Source: Verrucomicrobiota bacterium
GTDB lineage: Bacteria > Verrucomicrobiota > Verrucomicrobiia > Limisphaerales > SXQI01
Length of the DNA stretch: 15,263 bases
Direction: 5' to 3'
NCBI GenBank assembly: GCA_033762115.1
Contig: JANRLX010000005.1
Location: 1-15,263 of the forward strand
The notes below the pieces were generated by a model, which searched no databases, had not been told where the DNA came from, and was given only the letters and a program-made list of their open reading frames with translations. A program made the position numbers and the translations under genes. Below, piece after piece: positions 1 through 7,329 of this stretch; the first letter of the stretch is position 1; the number at the start of each line of letters is the position of its first letter.

Positions 1-291
1 ATCAGCAGTCCCGGACTCAATGGGCTGTGGCCCACTTGTTCCCATTTCATCTCAACCGTCTCAACCCCTCCCAGCGGCCAACCCCCTCAGCCGATGAGTC
101 ATGAATTCCCACCAGATCCCACTTCCTCCCGCCTCATCAAATTTTGAATGCTCCGCAAACATAAGCACAACAATGACTTATAAAAATATCAATGGGAATT
201 CCCACCCCTCCTTGATACTCGATCCTGTTTCACTTTCACCTCCCCAATCACCCGTTCCCCTTCCCAATTCCCACTCAACTGGGATTCGGGC

Positions 292-319
292 TTGCGCGAA
301 CAAAACCTCGGTACATACT
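292..319 (+). promoter_or_regulatory. Possible sigma70 promoter for tRNA-Val
   Basis: TTGCGC (292-297), 16-nt spacer, CATACT (314-319), ending 20 nt before the mature tRNA 5' end. Motif match only. Confidence 0.4.
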
Positions 320-339
320 TGTTCCTCAATCGTGCCCGG

Positions 340-414
340 GCGCGCTTAGCTCAGTGGTAGAGCATTACCTTCACACGGTAGGGGTCGCAGGTTCGAAACC
401 TGCAGCGCGCACCA
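340..414 (+). tRNA. tRNA-Val, anticodon CAC
   Basis: Cloverleaf folds by hand. Acceptor stem GCGCGCT (340-346)/AGCGCGC (404-410); D arm GCTC-AGTGGTA-GAGC; anticodon stem TTACC/GGTAG with loop TTCACAC (anticodon CAC 372-374); T arm GCAGG-TTCGAAA-CCTGC; discriminator A411; encoded CCA 412-414. Confidence 0.97.
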
Positions 415-465
415 TCCCCCCTCACATTGCCAAAATCACCCCCCCTTTCGTGCCAGCCCCCCGGA

Positions 466-494
466 TTGACGCCTCCCTCCCGGAAGCGTAAAAA
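466..494 (+). promoter_or_regulatory. Putative sigma70 promoter for glnB
   Basis: TTGACG (466-471), 17-nt spacer, TAAAAA (489-494), ending 16 nt before the glnB ATG. Confidence 0.5.
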
Positions 495-501
495 CGGGTG
501 A

Positions 502-849
<348 letters not shown>

Positions 850-854
850 TTCCC

Positions 855-2276
855 TTACCACACCGATTTCATCGACCAGAAATCCAGCTTGCGCGGCTTC
901 ACCCCCTGCTCCTCAAGAACAACCTCCAGTTCCGGGTCAGCCAGGTCCGGAAAAACCATCGTCACTGCATTCCGCTCATTCACGAAAACCTCCAGCACCG
1001 ACCGGTCCCAAAACAGCCGCACCTTCGCCCTTTTTTCATCTGCTCCCAGCGGGATGCTCCTGTCCCCGACCTGCACCCCTCCCTCCGTAGCCTGGATCGC
1101 CACCCGCATTTTGTCTGAACGCACCGTAAACCCCTCCTTCTTCCGGCGATCCAGTTCACTCATCACCTCGAACGAATTTCCCTTCATCGCGCCATTCCGT
1201 TTTCCACGCAACTTCTCCAATTCCCTGGCCGGCTTTTGAATCAAGGTCCCATCCCGCTTCACCTCCAGCACACGCGGAACGCTCAAACACCCATTCCATC
1301 CCCTCCCCTTAGGCCAGCCGCGCACCCAACCCCATAAAACCCGGCGGTTTCTTCCATCAACCAACGAATTCGGCGCATAAAAATTTCCACTAACATCCAG
1401 CAAGCCACTTTTTTCGGAGCGGAACGTTTCACCATCGAACGAACCCACAAAATATTCCACTTCGCGATGCGGGGAAATGATCAGCACCCATTTTCCATCC
1501 AATTCAAAAAAGTTAGGGCATTCAATATTCACCACTTTCGGATCAGGATGCCGGAAAATAATCCCTTTGTACTCCCACGCGGTCAGTTCCTTGTTTTTAG
1601 CTTTGTAATGAAGCACCACCGCCTCCCCGCCCTTTCGTTTATTTAAATTTCCACCCAGCACCATGTGCTTCTCGCCTTTGAAATCAAAAATGAACGGGTC
1701 GCGCCAATCCGACACTTTCAAGTCCCCATGCAAATCCAGCGAAAGCACCGGATTATTCGTAAGCTTGCTCCACGTCATCAATTGCGGATCACCCACCGCG
1801 GCCCATTGCTCGGCATACTCCATGTCCGATTTTCCATGGCCAATGCTGGTGTAGAACAACATCGGCTGGCCGTTCCCATTGATCGCTGCGCATCCTGAAT
1901 AAACGTGGTTCTCCCCCAGTTCCTTGCTTGGGGCCAGCGCATGCGGGTAATGCACCCAGTGCAATAAATCCTTGCTGACAGCATGACCCCAATGCAGGTT
2001 GCCCCAATCATCATGGGTCGGGTTATGCTGGTAGAACATGTGGTAACGCCCTTGATGATAGATCGGTCCGTTCGGATCGTTCATCCAGTTCGCCATCGCG
2101 CGAAAATGAAAAACAGGCCGGGTCTGGTCCGCCTGGATTTTTGCGGCAGCGATCCTGTCGCTCGCCATCGCCTGTTCAATCGCCTCAGCGTGAGACTCCG
2201 CCGCATGGATGGAGGAAAGCTGAAGCAGCAACAGAACGACCCAGAAACCAATCCACTGTTTTGGCATGGAAATCAT
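855..2276 (-). CDS. Secreted glycoside hydrolase family 32 (beta-fructofuranosidase/sucrose hydrolase-like)
   Basis: 473 aa with an N-terminal hydrophobic signal-like segment. All three GH32 catalytic motifs are intact (WMNDPNG, RDP, ECP), plus WGHAVS-DL and FYAP. The start could be 2276 or the in-frame ATG at 2267. Confidence 0.93.
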   Translation of the reverse strand: MISMPKQWIGFWVVLLLLQLSSIHAAESHAEAIEQAMASDRIAAAKIQADQTRPVFHFRAMANWMNDPNGPIYHQGRYHMFYQHNPTHDDWGNLHWGHAVSKDLLHWVHYPHALAPSKELGENHVYSGCAAINGNGQPMLFYTSIGHGKSDMEYAEQWAAVGDPQLMTWSKLTNNPVLSLDLHGDLKVSDWRDPFIFDFKGEKHMVLGGNLNKRKGGEAVVLHYKAKNKELTAWEYKGIIFRHPDPKVVNIECPNFFELDGKWVLIISPHREVEYFVGSFDGETFRSEKSGLLDVSGNFYAPNSLVDGRNRRVLWGWVRGWPKGRGWNGCLSVPRVLEVKRDGTLIQKPARELEKLRGKRNGAMKGNSFEVMSELDRRKKEGFTVRSDKMRVAIQATEGGVQVGDRSIPLGADEKRAKVRLFWDRSVLEVFVNERNAVTMVFPDLADPELEVVLEEQGVKPRKLDFWSMKSVW

Positions 2277-2300
2277 GCCGTTATATAAATGGATGAATCG

Positions 2301-2636
2301 TTAAAAATCGATTGCGAAAAGCCGGAAACCTTTTGGTCGTTCCGAACGGATTTCAGTGACCATGTTTTCCTGGGGGCGTTTTTTGTTCACCGGTTGCCGC
2401 AGGCTGAACTGTCCCGCAGGTTTCTCTGTTGCCATCAAATCGAAAAAGAAGCCGCTCATCTGGTACGGTCGCTCCAGATCACGAACAGGTCCCAGCTGGG
2501 AGGCTTTCCTGCCTTTGCGTTGCTCCACTGGCGTGGGTCTTGAGCTTTCCGCATCGAACCCCTTTTGCTTTTCCTGGGCAGAAGCGGATGCCACCAGCAG
2601 AAATGACAAGAGGGCGAAGTAACGAACAGCTTTCAT
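2301..2636 (-). CDS. Hypothetical exported protein (111 aa)
   Basis: Clear Sec signal peptide (MKAVRYFALLSFLLVASASA|Q). Fills the gap between polA and GH32 in the same orientation and ends in GFRLFAIDF. Confidence 0.75.
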   Translation of the reverse strand: MKAVRYFALLSFLLVASASAQEKQKGFDAESSRPTPVEQRKGRKASQLGPVRDLERPYQMSGFFFDLMATEKPAGQFSLRQPVNKKRPQENMVTEIRSERPKGFRLFAIDF

Positions 2637-2677
2637 GCGCCTTCAAAAATGAACTCTTCCGATTGGCTGTCAAGTGA

Positions 2678-5431
2678 TCAGCATTCCAGCCAGTTGCTGG
2701 CAATTCCAATATCCACCTCCACAGGAACACTCAAGGGAAGCGCCTGTTCCATTTCACGTTTTACCAGCGTGGTAACGGTCTCCTGCTCGGGAATATAAAG
2801 ATCAAAAACCAATTCATCATGCACCTGCAACAACATCCGTGTCCGCAATCCCAAATCTTCCAGTTGCGCATGCACACCCACCATCGCCAGCTTGATCATG
2901 TCCGCTGCGCTTCCCTGAATCGGGGCATTGATTGCATTCCGTTCCGCTGCCGACCGGATCGTTGCATTCGAGGAATTGATATCGCGCAAATAGCGACGCC
3001 GTCCGCTCAACGTTTCTGCGTAACCGTGCTTCCTGGCGAAATCAACCGTGTCGCACATGTAGGCGCGAATCGCGGGAAATTGCGTAAAGTAATTCTCAAT
3101 GATTTCCGCCGCTTCCTTCCGGGGAATATTCAGTCGCTGGGCGAGGCCAAATGCTGAAATCCCGTAGGCGATCCCGTAATTGACCATTTTCGCCTTCCCT
3201 CTCATTTCCGGAGTGACTGCCTCAATCGCCACGCCATACACCTTTGCGGCAGTCGCGGTATGCACATCCGCATTGGTCCTGAAAGCCTCGCTGAGCGCTG
3301 GTTCCCCACAGATTGAAGCGATGATGCGCAATTCGATCTGGGAATAATCAGCAGCCAGGAGCAAATGATCCTTGTCGCGGGAAACGAAGGCCCGCCGGAT
3401 TTCCTTCCCGAGGTCTGTCCGGATGGGAATATTTTGAAGGTTCGGATTCTGCGATTGCAATCGCCCGGTCGAGGTGAGGGCCTGGCCGAATGTCGTGTGG
3501 ACTCGGTTTGTTTTCGGCCAGATCGCCAACGGCAGTGTCTCGGCATAGGTGGATTTCAGTTTGTTCGCCGCCCTCCAATCCAGGAGCTTTCCGACCATCG
3601 GATGCACTTTTGACAAACTCAACAATGTCTGTTCATCCGTTGCGTACTGGCCGGTCTTGGTTTTCTTTGGCTTCTCTATCAGCTTCAGGACATCGAAGAG
3701 AATTTCTCCGAGCTTTTTTGGAGAATTGATGTTGAACTCACATCCGGCCATCTGGTGAATTTCCTTCTCCCACCCGGCCATCTGGGAAGAAAGCTGCTGT
3801 GAAAATTCCACCAGGGCATTGGAATCAATTTTGATTCCTTCGAATTCCATTTCCACCAGCACCGGAACCAGCGGCCCCTCGATTCTAAAATAAACCTGCT
3901 CCTGTCCCTTCTCTTTTAATTGCGGGGCAAGCTTTTCCCAAAACTGAAGGGCGGCGTCAGCCCCTTCGATGCACTGCCGGAATAAATTTTCATCCTGCGC
4001 GGGAGCCAGATCCAATTCGCCAGTCAAGGTTTGGCTGGCCGGAGCGCTCAATGTGCAGCCCAGCACAGTTTCTGAAAGATAGTCAATCGTGTGCTTTACA
4101 TCCGGTTCCAGAAGGCAGTGGGCCAGTTGTGTATCGTAACATTTTCTTTGGACTTTTTGTCCATGCCACCGGAGCACGCCCAACTGATATTTCAAATCAT
4201 GCCCGATCAAAACCTTGCTGCGGTCCTGCAACACCGGGGCGAGGCGTTCAAGTAATCCCTCGACATTTGGAAAGTAGTAACCGGTCCCCTTTGCCCTCGA
4301 AAAGGCCACACCGCGAATTCTGGCCTGGCGAGACTCAATGTGTGTGGCATCCACCGCAATTGCCAGTTCTCCGGCTTGCTTCAACTGCTGCACCAGGCTT
4401 TCCTGCTCCGCGATGCTGTTGCAAATCCGATAATCCTTTTCTCCTTCTGCAAAGGGCCGCAATTCACGCGCAGGGGTGGACGTTTGCACTTGATCACTGG
4501 CCGGTTCATCAGCTTCAGCCTCGGCTTCGACAGTTTTTCCGCTTCGTGTTGCGCGAAAATCCTCCCCGAAAAGGCGCCTCCCAATCGTATTGAATTCAAA
4601 CTCAAGGCATAAGCTCTTAACCTTTTCCGAATCCATCGGCTTTAACTGCAGTGACTCAATATCCAGGAGACAGGGGGCGTCACAAAGAATTGTCGCCAGC
4701 TTTTTCGATAACAACGCCTGCTCCCGATGCGTTTCCAAACTTTCCTTCAGCTTTCCTTTCAGTTCATGCGTATGAGCGAGGAGGTTTTCAATCGACCCGT
4801 ACTGGGTAATGAGCTTGCTCGCGGTTTTTTCTCCAATGCCAGGCACTCCGGGGATGTTATCGATGGAATCACCCCACAAGCCCAGGATATCCACCACTTG
4901 CGAAACCTGGTTCACGCCCCATTTTTGCAGCACTTCAGTGATCCCCAATAACTCCACCGCATCACCCATCCTGGATGGTTTGTAGATAAAAATCCTTTCG
5001 GAAACCAACTGGCAGAAATCCTTGTCAGGAGTGACCATGTAGGTCGTGAACCCTTCCCTCTCAGCTGCACATGCCAGCGTTCCAATCACATCATCCGCTT
5101 CATACCCATCGCAGGTAATCACCGGGATGTTGAACCCTTCGATCATGCGGAAGACATGCGGCATCGCCGCGCTAAGGTCCTCCGGCATCGATTGTCGTTC
5201 ACTTTTGTAATCCGCAAAATCCTTATGTCGCTGCGTTGGTTTGTCGGTATCGAAGACCACCCCGATATGGGTGGGTTTTTGCTTGTTAAGAATGTCGAGC
5301 AAAGTCTGGGTGAACCCATATAACGCAGAAGTGTTCATCCCTTTTGAGTTAAAAATCGGTTTTGCTGCGAGCGCAAAGTGCGCCCGGTAAACCAATGCCA
5401 TTCCATCCAGCAAAAACAACCGTTTTTCCAT
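2678..5431 (-). CDS. polA: DNA polymerase I
   Basis: 917 aa. 5'-3' exonuclease domain (LFLLDGMALVYRAHF, GYEADDVIGT, TPDKD, GDSIDNIPGVPGIGEKTA) and polymerase motifs (TGRLQSQNPNLQNIP, ADYSQIELR, KMVNYGIAYG, NAPIQGSAAD, LLQVHDELVF). Confidence 0.98.
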   Translation of the reverse strand: MEKRLFLLDGMALVYRAHFALAAKPIFNSKGMNTSALYGFTQTLLDILNKQKPTHIGVVFDTDKPTQRHKDFADYKSERQSMPEDLSAAMPHVFRMIEGFNIPVITCDGYEADDVIGTLACAAEREGFTTYMVTPDKDFCQLVSERIFIYKPSRMGDAVELLGITEVLQKWGVNQVSQVVDILGLWGDSIDNIPGVPGIGEKTASKLITQYGSIENLLAHTHELKGKLKESLETHREQALLSKKLATILCDAPCLLDIESLQLKPMDSEKVKSLCLEFEFNTIGRRLFGEDFRATRSGKTVEAEAEADEPASDQVQTSTPARELRPFAEGEKDYRICNSIAEQESLVQQLKQAGELAIAVDATHIESRQARIRGVAFSRAKGTGYYFPNVEGLLERLAPVLQDRSKVLIGHDLKYQLGVLRWHGQKVQRKCYDTQLAHCLLEPDVKHTIDYLSETVLGCTLSAPASQTLTGELDLAPAQDENLFRQCIEGADAALQFWEKLAPQLKEKGQEQVYFRIEGPLVPVLVEMEFEGIKIDSNALVEFSQQLSSQMAGWEKEIHQMAGCEFNINSPKKLGEILFDVLKLIEKPKKTKTGQYATDEQTLLSLSKVHPMVGKLLDWRAANKLKSTYAETLPLAIWPKTNRVHTTFGQALTSTGRLQSQNPNLQNIPIRTDLGKEIRRAFVSRDKDHLLLAADYSQIELRIIASICGEPALSEAFRTNADVHTATAAKVYGVAIEAVTPEMRGKAKMVNYGIAYGISAFGLAQRLNIPRKEAAEIIENYFTQFPAIRAYMCDTVDFARKHGYAETLSGRRRYLRDINSSNATIRSAAERNAINAPIQGSAADMIKLAMVGVHAQLEDLGLRTRMLLQVHDELVFDLYIPEQETVTTLVKREMEQALPLSVPVEVDIGIASNWLEC

Positions 5432-5475
5432 CGCCTGAGAGTAATCTCTACGAACCCATCCAGAAAGAGGGAAAC

Positions 5476-5685
5476 TTACTCCTGCGGTTCATTCGATTTC
5501 CGCGGAGCCTGCAACGCCGCTCCTTTGATCAACCGACAAAACTCCTTTTTTGAGACATGATGATGGGTCCCATCCCTGCTGCCCGGATCGGCCATCTGCT
5601 TGTATTTCACTTCCAATCGTTCCAGATGGACGATCCGCAGATAATACTCTGAGGTTTTCCAAACCTGCCCTTGCTGCAATTTCAT
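5476..5685 (-). CDS. Small hypothetical protein (69 aa, MKLQQGQVWK...)
   Basis: ATG at 5685 within ORF 5476..5766 gives a compact protein-like sequence (MKLQQGQVWKTSEYYLRIVHLERLEVKYK...KKEFCRLIKGA). It fills the gap between polA and ispF, and a TAGGTT -10-like hexamer lies 8 nt upstream. Confidence 0.65.
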   Translation of the reverse strand: MKLQQGQVWKTSEYYLRIVHLERLEVKYKQMADPGSRDGTHHHVSKKEFCRLIKGAALQAPRKSNEPQE

Positions 5686-5786
5686 TGGAACTGAACCTAC
5701 CCCATGCAACGGTTGCAGGACACTGGAATTGCGAAGCAGTTTGCAATTTGCTGGTGAGGCTTGCATCCTTCTTTATACTGCACTTG

Positions 5787-6266
5787 ATGAATCATGTTGG
5801 GATTGGGTATGATGTGCATCGACTGGTGAACGGTCGAAAGCTGATTCTCGGAGGCGTGGAAATCGAGCATGTGACCGGGCTTGAGGGCCATTCCGATGCG
5901 GACGTTCTCATGCACGCTGTTTGTGATGCCGTCCTTGGGGCCCTGGGAGAGAGGGACATAGGAACATTTTTTCCGAATACCGACCCCCGTTGGAAGAATG
6001 CTGCATCCAGCCTCTTTTTGCATGAAGCCGCTTCTCAGGTTATCTTTCGCAATGGGAGGATTATCAACATTGATGCAACAATTATTGCTCAAAGACCCAA
6101 AATTGCCGCATATGTGGGCTTGATGAAGGAGAACATTGCCGCAGCTTTGAAGATCAGCATGAATAAAGTGGGCGTTAAAGCCACCACCAACGAACATTTG
6201 GGCTTCCTTGGTCGTGAAGAGGGAATTGCAGCCATGGCAGTCGCCAGTATTGAGTTACCGGAATAA
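5787..6266 (+). CDS. ispF: 2-C-methyl-D-erythritol 2,4-cyclodiphosphate synthase
   Basis: Starting at ATG 5787 gives 159 aa. Motifs GIGYDVH, LILGGV, GHSDADVLMHAVCDAVLGA, DIG--FP and VKATTNEHLGFLGREEGIAA are canonical IspF. Confidence 0.96.
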   Translation: MNHVGIGYDVHRLVNGRKLILGGVEIEHVTGLEGHSDADVLMHAVCDAVLGALGERDIGTFFPNTDPRWKNAASSLFLHEAASQVIFRNGRIINIDATIIAQRPKIAAYVGLMKENIAAALKISMNKVGVKATTNEHLGFLGREEGIAAMAVASIELPE

Positions 6267-6268
6267 AA

Positions 6269-6535
6269 ATGGCCAAGGGGGAAATCAGCTGGAAGACCAA
6301 AGTCGAAGGTGTTCGCCGGGAGGTTTATGCCCACCATGTAGGGAATCGCTGGGTTTTCTTCGTTCGCGAACGAAAATTCGATGAATGGCAAAAACTGGAC
6401 AATCCTCCAATCGAAGATTGGATGGAACTCCTGGATGGCGTGAAACGCCGCATTGCCCGCAGGCTCCTTCGCCCTGAAGAAGAAGTTCGTGTTAAAGAAT
6501 TGATCCTTGAACGTTTTCCGGAGGCGAGCCTTTGA
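6269..6535 (+). CDS. Hypothetical protein (88 aa)
   Basis: Starts 2 nt after the ispF stop, and its TGA overlaps the next ATG (TGATG), an operon-like coupling. Protein-like composition with several Trp residues. Confidence 0.8.
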   Translation: MAKGEISWKTKVEGVRREVYAHHVGNRWVFFVRERKFDEWQKLDNPPIEDWMELLDGVKRRIARRLLRPEEEVRVKELILERFPEASL

Positions 6536-7323
6536 TGACCACAGCCCCTTTGATCCTGACTGCGCCGAGCACCCTCAAAAAAGGGTCCGAGTTCTACGAT
6601 TACTCAATTGATCTTTCTGATGCCTATCTCCAGGCCATCCTGTCTGCAGGCGGGATGCCGTGGATTTCTCCCTGTGCTCCGACCAATGATTTTATCATTG
6701 AAGCGGTCCGACGGGCCGACGGAGTTTTTCTGACGGGCGGCGATGATATCCAGCCGTCTCTCTATGCCACAAAAATACCGGAGCAAGTCCTGAAAACCTG
6801 CGGTGAACATGATCCAAAACGGGACCTTTTCGAACTGATGCTCATCCAGGAGACCTTCAAGCAGCGCAAACCGTTGCTGGCGATCTGCCGCGGTTTCCAG
6901 ATACTTAACGTTGCCCTTGGCGGGTCCCTTTTTACCGATATCCCGCTTCAGGCACCTGGCCCGATCCAGCATAGCCGGATGGATCTCAAGCATAAAGCGG
7001 TGCATGAAATCCGTATTGAGCCGGACTCAATTCTTGGACGTGCGATCAATCGCCCCCGCCTTGGGGTCAACAGTACTCATCACCAGGGGATTCGTGAGCT
7101 GGGGAAAGGGCTGAGAGTGGTCGCTTCCGCTGATGATGGGATCATCGAAGCGATTGAACTAAAAGCGGAGGATTCCCACCTCATGCCATTTTTGCTCGGG
7201 GTCCAGTTTCACCCGGAACGCCTGATTTACCTGGATTCGGTTTATGCTGAAATATTCAACAGTTTTATAGCAAGTTGCGCGTTGAACCGGGTAGAGGAAC
7301 GTCAAAGTCTGGTATCATCATAG
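6535..7323 (+). CDS. Gamma-glutamyl-gamma-aminobutyrate hydrolase family (PuuD-like, peptidase C26, class I glutamine amidotransferase fold)
   Basis: Motifs DGVFLTGGDDI-P--Y, nucleophile elbow AICRGFQILNVALGGSL, VNSTHHQG, DGIIEAIE and GVQFHPE (Cys-His-Glu triad). ATG 6535 overlaps the upstream stop, with a GGAGG SD at 6520-6524. Confidence 0.88.
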   Translation: MTTAPLILTAPSTLKKGSEFYDYSIDLSDAYLQAILSAGGMPWISPCAPTNDFIIEAVRRADGVFLTGGDDIQPSLYATKIPEQVLKTCGEHDPKRDLFELMLIQETFKQRKPLLAICRGFQILNVALGGSLFTDIPLQAPGPIQHSRMDLKHKAVHEIRIEPDSILGRAINRPRLGVNSTHHQGIRELGKGLRVVASADDGIIEAIELKAEDSHLMPFLLGVQFHPERLIYLDSVYAEIFNSFIASCALNRVEERQSLVSS

Positions 7324-7329
7324 GAATTT

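Noticed and set aside
1..50. Possible minus-strand ORF start (MKWEQVGHSPLSPGLL...) running off the left edge
   Set aside because: Only 16 codons are visible with no recognisable motif, so it cannot be supported.
101..349. 82-aa Pro/Ser-rich ORF
   Set aside because: Its composition simply reflects the C-rich skewed DNA, and it overlaps the tRNA and its promoter.
340..414. tRNA-Val as an integration site for a genomic island
   Set aside because: I found no duplicate of the tRNA 3' end and no integrase in the window, and glnB follows directly.
5550..5786. 79-aa N-terminal extension of IspF in the ORF track
   Set aside because: IspF homology begins at MNHVGIGYDVH (ATG 5787). The extension overlaps the opposite-strand small gene and the promoter region.
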